64,000 bases of DNA from the NCBI RefSeq assembly GCF_964355755.1, contig NC_092676.1, forward strand, positions 20,168,871-20,232,870, in the 5' to 3' direction. Made by a program: the position numbers and the translations under genes. Numbering within the stretch: position 1 is the first letter of the stretch; the number at the start of each line of letters is the position of its first letter. The DNA is from Antedon mediterranea. Lineage: Eukaryota > Animalia > Echinodermata. Below are positions 29,101 through 40,331 of the stretch, piece by piece. The notes under the pieces were generated by a model. The model ran no database searches, was not told the DNA's origin, and saw only the letters and a program-made list of their open reading frames with translations.

Positions 29101-32100
29101 TCATAACATTGTAATTATTATTATTGAGTCCCTGCCATGTTCGCATCCCTTCATTAGTGTTTCTATGAATGGATGTTGAGCGCTGGAACTCTAGTTGATC
29201 ATACCCAGTACCGTTTTACGATCAGGAAATTACCTCACATTGACATTGTTGAATAATATAAGCTCTTTGGAATTAATTCAACTAACTTATTTAAAGTGCA
29301 TATGTTGTATTGTTTTTTACTTGCTTATTTCAGTCATCACCATATTTATTGTATTATCTGGAGGTTTAGACTTTAAGCCATTATGGCTTATCGTAATCTC
29401 CACACACAATCAAATGTATTATTATTATTTATAAATGTATATATAGTGTAATATTTTGTGTGAAATAAAACTGAAACTAAACTAACCTTTAGTCTTGCGG
29501 AAGCACTGATGTAGACTCCTCGCTCAGTTCTTCTGTATTTTACCTCATCCAATGACAAACCATGTAAGTGTAGTCTGGAATGGAGACTAGTAGTTTTGAT
29601 GTTGCGCTGGTTTTGGTAAACATCCGTTTGATTTGGACAGGAAATAAACAAAGTACTGTGTGGGATTTGACAATCTCTGCAATTTTAAAAATACTGATTA
29701 TTCAATTCTAAATGTTTTATTTCGAAAATAAAGTTTAATCAATTATTAAATCAAACATGGAAAGCTTTATACTTTAAGCTACTGTAGGTCTACACTATCA
29801 AAATAGTTTGATAAAAAAGTGTGGTGTGCCAAAATGTAGTAGTGATATTCCCAAATATGGTAGTGATATGACATCATCATGTCCATATATGGGCATATCA
29901 CATGTTTTTGACACATAAAGTTTGATAGTGTACTGTAGACAGAGCTTTATGAACAACACTGTTATTGCTTTTCCCTTACTCAGTTCCAGTCTGAAGCATC
30001 CAGAGTGACGTACGCCAAAGGTTAGTAGTCCAGACGGCCATGTCATCTACACCACCAAGAAAGTAGTCTTGGTAATCCTCTATAAGGAATGGTGATTTGG
30101 AAGCATAGCTTCGATACAGCTAGACACAAAGACAAACAGATATGTTAAATTTCCTGTATCAAGAATGACAATTACACTGCCAGATCCAGGACCTTGAAAT
30201 AAGGATAGTGGGGGGAAGCTGAACCGACTGTTCTATTGATCGAATTTTATTCTAGAATAACACAATTCCATATATCCAAAAAATAATGTAAAGAAAAATG
30301 AAAATAACACTAAATGAAGATTTCTCCCATTTAGTAAAGAGATTTGAGAAAGATACGGATACGGCGTAGTGCACAAGATCATTTACTACAGTGGGCAAAG
30401 GCACCTGGTTGGCAGTTTCATTTGACTGCTCAGGCACTGGGGCCCCTTAAGCTCTGAGGTCCCTGAGTTTAGCCACTGAGCGCTAATAGCCAGTGATTAG
30501 CTATCTTTTGCATTGTTTTTTTCTCAAAATTGTATGGATTAAGAAGCAGAATTATGTTCCAGATTTGTCCATAGCTTTATGTATTCATATAAACTAATAT
30601 AGCACAGTGAAACTGATATTAAATAAATATATTACTACAAGTGAAAGTATATATCTATTTTGGATACTAATAACGTGTTGAAAATGTATTAATGACCTTG
30701 GTATGGTTTCAATACTCAGAATTACAGTAAAATATTTGCTAAGTTGAAACTAATAGAAATGTTACTTGATTATAAACGGAAGACACTAACCTTAGAAATA
30801 GCCAACTTCTCTCCAAGTCTATAAAATATACAGTACAATAAAATAATGAAATATATCAGTAATAAAACATCAGCTTTAGTTTTTAATTAAAGTCACAAGA
30901 ATAAACACAATAATTAGAATGATATTGTCATGAGAGCCACTAATACACAAAAGAATAAATAAAGATGTAAAATTTATAAAATATATAGAGGTAGAGATGG
31001 ATAGAGCTTTTAAGCCTGGTTTCAATAAAATCGCTACACGACAGAGCGTAGCAATTCTATGGAAACGGGGATCCCCGATCTATTTATCAGGGATCTAATA
31101 CGCGAGCGCTATATATTCTTTGATACGCGTATACGATTCATCGCCGAAAAAATCGGCAAAGTTGAACATGTTTGAACTTTGCCGATTTGACTGCGATGAA
31201 TCGGGGACCCTTCCCGATTGCGTCGGCGACATCTGCGTGTGTAGCAATTTTAGTGGAAACGCTGTAGCGACTTTATGGAAACCAGGCTTTGATAAGCATA
31301 TTTTTTAAACTGACCTGCCTAAGAACATTAGGGCACTACATTCCTCAATCAGCGAGGCATCCACTTTGTTAGCCTGATAGTACTCTTGATAGATGTTGAC
31401 AAGATCCTGAATTGGTAGGTACCTAATAAAAAATAATAATAATAAAATGTCAATCTAATTTAGCGGTTAATTTACAAGACTTTTAAGCGAGTCACATAAT
31501 TAACCTGGTCATTGGATCAAACATGTATGTTTCCATAATTATGCAGCTAGTAATCAGTGCAATTACATTTTACATAATTATATGTAAAATAAAAATGTAA
31601 ACAAACCAACCAAATTTCATTTGTATCTCATTGTTAAAATGACAATAAATAATATCGTATTGTATCGTACATTTGATCCAACCAGGTACCCATATACACA
31701 TTATACATGGAAAGAGTCAAACATAAGTAAAGTGTCTTGTCTAAGGAAAAAAGCAATGCGACGAGCATTGGCCTCACATCATCAGAAGTTCAACGCTTAA
31801 CACACTGTGTCACGCGCCCTTACAACCATTTAGCTATAGGAAAACAATTTCTTCTTCTCTCTTTATTATTTTGCTATCACAAGCAAAGTTAGGTTTGGGT
31901 AAAACTAACATGCAAACATTTAAACAAAATTTTCATGTCACTAACCATTCTGAGATCTCGCCTATATAACCAGTGTCAAATTCAAATTGGGCAACCACGT
32001 CACCTCCTATTAGGGAAACAAGGAAATAAGATATTAAATAGTGTATACATTTATCTAAAGTATATGTGGCATTAAACTATCTTGAAATGTTTATTCATTA

Positions 32101-35100
32101 TAATAAGTTATAAATGCATTCATTGAAACAAGACTAATTGACAAACACATATGGGAATTCTCACGCGAGGCTTCGATGTGCTAATCTTACTAGAATGGTT
32201 GGTTAATCCTTTCAGAATAAACTTGTTTACCTGTATATCATCATCATATTATTATTAATTTAATCATAGGCATATAAAGGCCACTTTACCTTCATCCCCT
32301 ACAGGATGTGCTGCTGAAAATGATCCAAAGAAATTTACCTAAAAAAATAATTTAAATTAGTTATTAAAAGAATGGTTTTGTTTAAAGACCCCTTCCCTGC
32401 AATTTTGGACGTTTTTTGGAAAATAATACATATATATCACTTTAAAAACATTAAACCATGTCATTCCTTGTCTTAAATGTACGTTTTATGGTAAATTATG
32501 ATAAAAAGTGAGAAACAATGCACTACCTAAGTAGCTCGCGGCGATCGACCTCTCGTGGACGGTCTCAGGCCTAGCCTAGCTAGGCTTAGTTTTGTAGGCC
32601 TAGCTGGTAAACATCGGTAACGTACGAACATCGTACGCTAGCTATATACCTAGCCTGACGTTGTATAGTTGCTGCATTAATTGTCTTTCTATTTTTGCCA
32701 GACTCCGTTGATACAAATTGGGGAAAACCCGGTATTTTCGCTGAAAAGTTAGGAGTCTTCCATTTGTTTTGGCTTCACGATCGATCGAAAAGTGGGCGAA
32801 TTACAGGTGAAAAACAACAATATCAATCCGCGCGCAATGCATTTTGGGATTTATAGCGGGCCGCTATAATTATTAAAATCGATTTATTTTTCACATTTTT
32901 AACCGTTTAAAGACGAAAAAAGTTATCGCAATAGGACCATATAGTATTATTTTTACATTAAATATAGTTTGTGATCTTAAATTAGATCTAAAAAACGTAG
33001 GGAATGGGGCTTTGATGAAAGTTTTAGTACATTTTCAGATACTATACGTGTTCAAGTCTAATGAGTATTTTTTTGTCAAACTCTACGCCATGTATAACAT
33101 AACATGTACAAGCCATGGCTATGGATATAGCATGTTCATATCAACAATCTAAATATTTGTATTTCTTTAGTGAAAGGGAAAAGATTTTGTAAAGTTCTGA
33201 ACTCTAACCTGCCCCATTGTTGCTAGGAAACCTTGTTCAATTCCAAGACTATGCCATGAAATGTCTGCAACTTGATGCGATACAAACCCCAGCATAAAAA
33301 CAACCAGTTTCTGTGTTTCCTATTTTTTAATAACAAACAAAATTACTCAAAATTCAATGGTTGGAACTATCATCTGATTTTTTACCAATCAGTGACTTAG
33401 AATCTATGTATGTTTTATGTACTATATATAACATCAATAATAATATAATAATAATAATCGATATTTTTAATATATTTTTTTTTTTTTAAGCTGATCATTA
33501 GGGACGTCACAACAATACAAAATGATGACATAAACAAGTAACAATAAAAATTAAATTAACATATAATTCATAAAGATAAACAAAATATTAATATAATATA
33601 GTAATAATATAACATAAATATAAGGTACTGTATATTTGTTCTACAAATATACTCACTGTATCCCATGGTTGTGGATATGTGTTTCTTATGTAGTTGATTG
33701 TCACGTTTAGGAATGGTGCCCAATGGGTGTCTTCAGATACTCCATGGAACTGTCCTAAATCATAAAGGATAATAACCATACAAGTTTGTATTATACAGTA
33801 ACTATATATAAAAAAAATTCTAGGTCCCTGAATATGACACCATGGTAAGGAATCAAACTTGCGTATGAAATGGCACAGGTTCGATACCTGTTTGTGCTTC
33901 TTGCTTGTGTGTATTTTCACATGATCGTTTACCCTCTTTGCCTTGTCATTTCGATACAAACACAAATTTGTCAACAGCAGGCACAAAACAAGTATGGTGT
34001 GCTAAACAAAACTATAGAGTGGTAAACAAAAGTATAAAGTGGTAAACAAAAGTATGGTGCGCTGATTGTGGAATGAAATAACCTCTGTAGTTGGAGTGGC
34101 CATAGATTACCTGTTATTTCTCCTGTTGTAAGGCATAACTGTAAAGTTAGTCAAAATTATATAAATATTGTTGATATGACACTAACCTTGGTGACACAAT
34201 GAGTCATAAAAAGTATCTGGGTAAGGATTACCAGCTTGGAATGCATCTTGATGTGCAGCGATCAACTAGTACAGTACAAGAAACAAGGAAAGGAATATCA
34301 GAAACTCACAATTGTTTCAACTATCACCACACTACAAATTGCTGTTTGTATCTTAGCATTCAATGAACTGGTCCAATATTGCAAAAAAATTAGTTAAGTG
34401 AGATACACTGATTATGAATTGTAGGCCTACTAAAAAAAAGGTCAAACATATTGAATCAATAATCCAATAATTACAAAATAGAACATCCAATTGCTGTTAT
34501 GTGTTTTTATTTGGCTAGCCCTAGTCTACCACTAATACTGGCAAACACTGCATAGGTATGTTTAAAGGTTCAAAAGAAAACATTAGTTTAAAAAATTAAT
34601 ATATATATATATATATTTAATCGTTGTTAGTTTGTTAAGCTGTGCCACAAACCTTTCCATATTCTACTCCATATTGATCAGTGTATTCAAAATAACTTGC
34701 TGCCCGGTGACCTAAAGTAAAAATAAAAGAACTTCTTGACAGGTCTAGAAAGATATGTAGGCCTAGACTTGGATAGCAGGAATACCAATAAGATTCAAGA
34801 AGCAAATTGAGTAAAGTTGGGGAGCATTTGCTATACATACAAGTGTCCACTGTAGACTTCACAAAGAGCAATGCATTTTAATGGGCCTTTGTGAGTAATA
34901 CTAAATCAATAATGTAATGTAAATATGATTACGTAACTATTATATGTATTTATATACTTGGAAAGATTTTGGGGTTGGGTGTGTGGGTGAGGGGAGAGGT
35001 GTTTATTAGCGTGTTAAGGAAAAAACAGATAGGCAAGGGCCTAGGCCTAAAATCTCTTAAAATATTTAAAACACATTCTAACAATTATTACTATCGCCGT

Positions 35101-35930
35101 TGCTAAAGATACGGTACCGTATCCATGCTTTTAAAAACTAAAGATACGGTAATTATAGAGGGCGCTTCCGTTTGGTAAAAGTACAGTAAAATTGCATTCC
35201 TAAAACTCGTACCTAAATATAAAACTCCTTCCTAAATATTAAACTCCTTCCTAAATATTAAAAACCTAACCCTCTAAATAATCTCTCTTAAATTAAAAAC
35301 TAAAAAAAAAAAAAAAAAAAAGACGTCAAGAAGAGTATCGAACCCCCAACCCCTTAAGCCAAAGCCTCATCACATGCCCACTAGGCTACACAGCTGGCTT
35401 GCAGAAAACCAATGCAATAACCTATTTGATTAACATCCACATTACATAGCGCCCTCTATAATTACCGTACCTTTAGTTTTTAAAAGTATGGATACGGTAC
35501 CGTATCTTTAGACATAACGTATTACTATAAGTATCAACCAACATTTTATTTTAAATCAAATACTTATTGTGTATATATATCAATACATCCTATCTATCAA
35601 TAAAATCTGGCTTGGCCTAGGCCCCACTACCTCTCTCCCCAGGTAGCGGTTTCCTCTCTCTTTTTCTTTCTACTGTACTATGCCAATGGATATTGTAAAG
35701 TAGGCCTAGATAAAGTAGGCCTAGGCCTAACCTACTACCTAACTAGGTAGCCTAGCCTAGGCTAGTCATACTTTCTCATAGATAATCTTACTACGCCTAA
35801 TTTAACTACAAAGACTAGCTTAGGTCAATGCCTTGGTATATGAATTACCAATTTCTATATGTGTTGTGATGCCACATGATTTTACAGGTGATATAGAAAT
35901 ATATACTATTAACAATGAAACAAGAAACAT
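23132..35930 (-). CDS. GPLD1: Glycosylphosphatidylinositol-specific phospholipase D, 25 coding exons: 35930-35849, 34711-34653, 34265-34187, 33754-33657, 33319-33209, 32338-32290, 32006-31946, 31422-31315, 30818-30791, 30119-29980, 29676-29487, 29060-28936, 28502-28313, 28216-28106, 27778-27710, 27410-27251, 27034-26982, 26733-26636, 26271-26078, 25545-25333, 25014-24955, 24756-24644, 24317-24291, 24188-24144, 23218-23132
   Basis: Signal peptide followed by CGITTHIEIGHRA, HQDAFQAGNPYPD, VSEDTHWAPF, SHQVADISWHSLG and FLGGVDDMAVW (Zn-dependent phospholipase domain). C-terminal FG-GAP repeats follow (DLNGDGVMDLIVGAPG, RFGSALAVLDINLDG, LLIGSPFA). Splice sites are GT-AG and phases are consistent. 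Confidence 0.96.
23420..23546. mobile_element. Harbinger-like MITE family 1 (GPLD1 last intron)
   Basis: ctctgtctacactatcaaact ... gtagacagagct. Confidence 0.8.
23710..23933. mobile_element. Small TIR element (MITE-like)
   Basis: TTGTCGTATTCGATT ... AATCGAATACGACAA, with internal inverted repeats (tttcgttgtcaacg / cgttgacaacgaaa). Confidence 0.6.
24845..24894. mobile_element. Harbinger-like MITE family 1, partial
   Basis: Right TIR only: ..tatagtgtagatagagct. Confidence 0.5.
25038..25146. mobile_element. Harbinger-like MITE family 1 (23 nt from a GPLD1 exon)
   Basis: agctctacactatcaaa ... tttgatagtgtggacagagct; TAA/TTA flanks. Confidence 0.8.
25671..25771. mobile_element. Harbinger-like MITE family 1
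   Basis: agctctgtctacactat ... atagtttagacagaact. Confidence 0.75.
25922..26056. mobile_element. Harbinger-like MITE family 1 (21 nt from a GPLD1 exon)
   Basis: Both TIRs present; perfect TAA...TAA TSD. Confidence 0.85.
29786..29946. mobile_element. Harbinger-like MITE family 1 (33 nt from a GPLD1 exon)
   Basis: gtctacactatcaaa ... gtagacagagct. Confidence 0.8.
31013..31288. mobile_element. Harbinger-like MITE, family 2
   Basis: TIRs AGCCTGGTTTCAATAAAATCGCTAC ... GTAGCGACTTTATGGAAACCAGGCT; TTA/TTG flanks; CpG-rich interior. Confidence 0.8.
31670..31820 (-). mobile_element. Degenerate ancient SINE fragment
   Basis: The reverse strand reads GGCGCGTG..GTTAAGCG (A-box-like), TCCTTAGACAAGACACTTTAC and GTGTATATGGGTACCTGG, motifs typical of old metazoan SINE central domains. 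Confidence 0.4.
32386..33011. mobile_element. Non-autonomous DNA transposon, Kolobok-like (AG..CT termini, TTAA-like target)
   Basis: ttaa|AGACCCCTTCCCTGC ... GTAGGGAATGGGGCT|ttga; a second partial inverted copy lies at ~17500-17851. Confidence 0.6.
35095..35519. mobile_element. Mutator-like (MULE) MITE with ~70-bp TIRs and a 9-bp TSD, containing a tRNA-derived Pol III segment
   Basis: TATTACTAT is directly repeated at 35086-35094 and 35520-35528. The TIR CTAAAGATACGGTACCGTATCCA..GGTAATTATAGAGGGCGCT is mirrored at the right end. Confidence 0.8.
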
Positions 35931-36494
35931 TTTTTAATGCTTGTCTGTCTGATCGTCTGCACAACTTCTTTAAAAACCATAACAAACGCACGTGATCGTC
36001 TTCGGCTTCTTCAAAGCAATACACTGCCCTCAGTCGATCAGAATCATTCTCGCAATTTGGTACGATGTCTAAGTTCCGGCTAACTAATATACTATTATAA
36101 TAATGAAAATTGTAAATATGAATAATGTAGATAGGAAAATTCATTACAAAATAAGCAACATAGTCAACAAGTTAAGAAGTAAAGAAAGATACACATTCCA
36201 TTTTAATATAGACCTAATCTTTTACCTGTTTTTATAGCATTTCACTTCTTGTGATAGGGCATATAGAGTCGCAAGAGCTTACTTCTTTTGTTAAGCTTAT
36301 ATATTATCTAATTTTTGTTTTTATTATTCAAAAATAATTTCCATTCATGCCATTTTTTGAAATCTAAATACTATTTATGATGTAAAAAGCCAGTGTCAAT
36401 TCAGAAGAAAAGTCTAAAACGATCACTATCTCAGATGGCATTCTTCAAACCGTACATCTTCGATGTCAAACCCAGTATTCGGTTTGTGTTTTTG

Positions 36495-37451
36495 TTAATT
36501 TTTCTTACAGTTAATGCCCAATTTTCTTCTGACTGTATTCTGAGTGAAGGCGTAAACAAACGGATTAAGAAGGCAATTGGTAAAGGCGACCAATGTCAAA
36601 ATATTGGTATATATCTCAGGTTTGGTGGCGTAATCCAATTTATACATCGTGGAATAATATAAAAACAAGACCTGGTCAGGAGTCCAAGTTATTATAAAGA
36701 CAACGGTCAATGCAAAGAACACCCACGTCATCTTCATTTTTGTTTTTGTCAGCGTTTCAGAAGCTTTACCTTGTTGATACTTGTCCATATTTCGTGTCAT
36801 AGTGGTCATCGCTTGTATTGTTCGATGATACGTAATCAGCAAGCATGTGATAGGAACTAGATAGGTAAATAGGAATATATTTATTCCCATTAAAAGTAAC
36901 GCGTACTGCCAGTTAAAAAACTCACGACACTTCCCACAGTCATCAACCCTTCTAACAAACCAACCAAACATTTGAACCAAAACGGCATATATCCATGGAA
37001 ACATTAAGAGAATATATCGCTTTGAAGAAAATACAATAGACTTGCACTTAAAGGGAGTTGCTATTGCCCAGTATCGGTCCACAGCTATCATTAGTAGTCC
37101 CATCAGAGACGCGGTTAGAGACGTCCAGAACGGGACGTCCGTACCGTACACTCGACAGACAATCTCCATTGTAAGGCTCTGATCATAAACAATATCTGGC
37201 CGGGGAATCATAAGCACTGATGATATCAAATCAGAAATCGCTAAGTTGCACACTAACTGATACGTCATCTTTGATCGAAGAGCCTTCGTACTGACGATAA
37301 TAACAATGACAATTGCATTTCCAATCAAACCGGTTATACCGAACAAAAGTAATATACAATTGTATGGGTGTGTAAAATCTACTGGTTCAGGGATAAATTC
37401 AGTGCAGTTAGCTGTAAAATTCCACATTGCTTCATCAGTGAAATTCGCCAT
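36495..37451 (-). CDS. Intronless rhodopsin-like (class A) GPCR, copy A (318 aa); orphan/peptide- or chemoreceptor-like
   Basis: Seven hydrophobic segments with GN (TM1), NLAISD (TM2), DRY (TM3), W-x-P (TM6) and NPFVY (TM7); N-terminal N-glycosylation sequons. Confidence 0.93.
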   Translation of the reverse strand: MANFTDEAMWNFTANCTEFIPEPVDFTHPYNCILLLFGITGLIGNAIVIVIIVSTKALRSKMTYQLVCNLAISDLISSVLMIPRPDIVYDQSLTMEIVCRVYGTDVPFWTSLTASLMGLLMIAVDRYWAIATPFKCKSIVFSSKRYILLMFPWIYAVLVQMFGWFVRRVDDCGKCREFFNWQYALLLMGINIFLFTYLVPITCLLITYHRTIQAMTTMTRNMDKYQQGKASETLTKTKMKMTWVFFALTVVFIITWTPDQVLFLYYSTMYKLDYATKPEIYTNILTLVAFTNCLLNPFVYAFTQNTVRRKLGINCKKN

Positions 37452-38630
37452 GGTTATCTATGTAGGCCCAGCGATTGCAAAGCAAAGTTCTTCCAATCTA
37501 ATATGTCGCTAATCAATAATAGTCATACGATAAGATCAAAGACAATTTCAAATAGGAGCAAAAACAATTTAATGAAAACATTAACGATTGATTATGATTG
37601 ATAGTTTATATCACTACTAAATATTCGATACGTTTTTAACTAATTTAACAAAACATGGAGACTTTCTATGTTTTGTCAATCATTGGTCATTAAAAATGTG
37701 TTTTATTCATGACGATGAAGACAATATGTTATATTAATATTGGAATCTTTGTCTACAGTGTGTAGATCAAGGTATTTTTATACTAGAACTAATCAAGGTT
37801 TTTGTTTAAAACTAAATTATATATTATGTTTCATTCAGAAACGCGCGGCGTCGTCACAATAGAAATAGTTCGCTATTTGTTTATCATTGGATTCTTTTAT
37901 AATTCGTCGCTAAACAAATTCATTTAGTATAACTCTCGTTGGTATTCTTTACCCATCACATTAAAACAAGATAGAATCAAGGAAGAGTGAAATTCACTTT
38001 TCCTTCATCGGATTGAATCTAGGGCAGGATACTGTTGCAATTAATATAAATCAGATTATTATTGTTATTCACCATATGGAATGTATTACGTTTTGTTTTT
38101 AAGTATTTCGATTTATTGATTGTATGTTCCTAACTCAGATAGTTAATACAAACGTTGAGAAGCAACTGTCAGTAATAAAGTTTATTTGTATATGTGTTTA
38201 TATATCTAACAGTACACACACTCACAGTAAGAAATTTGCGATTCAAACGGCGACCAAAAACGGTTAATATGTATTAACAGTATTTTCAAAGTATAATACT
38301 ATATCTAAAGGTTTTAAGTTTATCACCCAAGGGCCTATACATTTACATCCTTGTTTTAAACCATGGGTCCATGGTTAAACCAAATAAGATTGAATAGAGA
38401 GATTGAAATGTTCCATTCATCGCAAATCAATACATTTGTATAAACGTGTATTAAATCTATCAAAATAATATTTGTTTAAGAAAATTCGGCATGTCTTCAA
38501 CATTCTAGAAGTAAATTTATATTTATAGAACCTAAGTTTCTTCTATTTTTTAAATTCAGAATAAAGTCACAGTCAAAAACAGTCATTATCTCATATGGCA
38601 TTTTTCACACGCTAGATGTCAAACCTATAA

Positions 38631-39602
38631 TTAATCGGTTTGTGTTTTTGTTTTCTTGCAGTTAATGCCCAATTTTCTTCTGACTGTATTCTGAGTAAAG
38701 GCGTAAACAAACGGATTAAGAAGGCAATTGGTAAAGGCGACCAATGTGAAAATATTGGTATATATCTCAGGTTTGGTGGTGTAATCCAATTTATACATCG
38801 TGGTATAATATAAAAGCAAGACCTGGTCAGGAGTCCAAGTTATTATAAAGACAACGGTCAATGCAAAGAACACCCACGTCATCTTCATTTTTGTTTTTGT
38901 CAGCGTTTCAGAAGCTTTACCTTGTTGATACTTGTCCATATTTCGTGTCATAGTGGTCATCGCTTGTATTGTTCGATAATACGTAATCAGCAAGCATGTG
39001 ATAGGAACTAGATAGGTAAATAGGAATATATTTATTCCCATTAAAAGTAACGCGTACTGCCAGTTAAAAAACTCACGACACTTCCCGCAGTCATCAACCC
39101 TTCTAACAAACCAACCAAACATTTGAACCAAAACGGCATACATCCATGGAAACATTAAGAGAATATATCGCTTTGAAGAAAATACAATAGACTTGTACTT
39201 AAAGGGAGTTGCTATTGCCCAGTATCGGTCCACAGCTATCATTAGTAGTCCCATCTCAGACGCGGTTAGAGACGTCCAGAACGGGAAATTCGTACCGTAC
39301 ACTCGACAGACAATCTCCATTATAAAGCTCTGATCATAAAAGATATCTGGTCGGGGAATCATAAATACGGATGATATCAAATCAGAAATCGCTAAGTTGC
39401 ACACTAACTGATACGTCATCTTCGAGCGAAGAGCCTTCGTACTGATGATAACAACAATGACAATTGCATTTCCAATTAAACCGGTTAAACCGAACAAAAG
39501 TAATATACAATTGAATGGGTCTGTAAAATCCACTGGTTGAGGAATAAATTCAGTGCAGCTAGCTGTAAAGTTCCACATTGCTTCATCGGTGAAATTCGCC
39601 AT
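38631..39602 (-). CDS. Intronless rhodopsin-like (class A) GPCR, copy B (323 aa); tandem paralog of copy A
   Basis: Same motifs as copy A; about 22 substitutions over 318 aligned aa by manual comparison. Confidence 0.93.
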   Translation of the reverse strand: MANFTDEAMWNFTASCTEFIPQPVDFTDPFNCILLLFGLTGLIGNAIVIVVIISTKALRSKMTYQLVCNLAISDLISSVFMIPRPDIFYDQSFIMEIVCRVYGTNFPFWTSLTASEMGLLMIAVDRYWAIATPFKYKSIVFSSKRYILLMFPWMYAVLVQMFGWFVRRVDDCGKCREFFNWQYALLLMGINIFLFTYLVPITCLLITYYRTIQAMTTMTRNMDKYQQGKASETLTKTKMKMTWVFFALTVVFIITWTPDQVLLLYYTTMYKLDYTTKPEIYTNIFTLVAFTNCLLNPFVYAFTQNTVRRKLGINCKKTKTQTD

Positions 39603-40124
39603 GGTTATACTTATCTATGTAGGCCTAGCGATTACAAAACATGAATTCTTCAAATTTAATATGTCGCTAATCAATAATAGTCATACTATAAGATCAAAGA
39701 CAACAATTTCAAAGAGAAGCAAAAAACATTTAATGAAAATTAACGCTTGATTATGATTGAAAGATCTAGCCCTAATTATTCTAGTTTACACTAATCAATA
39801 TTCGATACGTTTTAAACTAATTCACCAAAACATGAAAACTTTCTATGTTTTGTCAATCATTGGTCATTTAACAATTTCTTGTATTCATGACAATGAAGAC
39901 AATTGTTCAAATAATATTGGAATCTTTATCTACAGTGTAGATCAAGGTATTTTTATACTAGGACTAATCAAGGTTTTTGTTTAAATAAATAAAGTAGATA
40001 TGTTTCTATACAATATTCTGAAACGGCGTCTTCATAATAAAAATAGTTTCCATCATAAACCATCAAATTCAACACAAGTACGAGTCTGGTATACCGGACT
40101 CGTACTTATGTTGGTACATTATAC

Positions 40125-40331
40125 AGGCCGGTGCATACTGAACACGCAAAGCGAGACGCTGCGCGCCGCGCCAAGTGTAACATTTAACTGTAATTAAGTC
40201 GGATGTGACGTGTGTAGAAATCAGTCGATTTTCAACTTCGATTGTTTAATGAGTCGTGAATTTGCTTGAATTTGGCAATTTGACGCTGGCACGTTTCGCT
40301 TTGCGTGTAGATGATTAATGGGAACCGGCCT
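40125..40331. mobile_element. Harbinger-like MITE, family 3
   Basis: AGGCCGGT..ACACGCAAAGCGA ... TCGCTTTGCGTGT..ACCGGCCT inverted ends. Confidence 0.65.
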
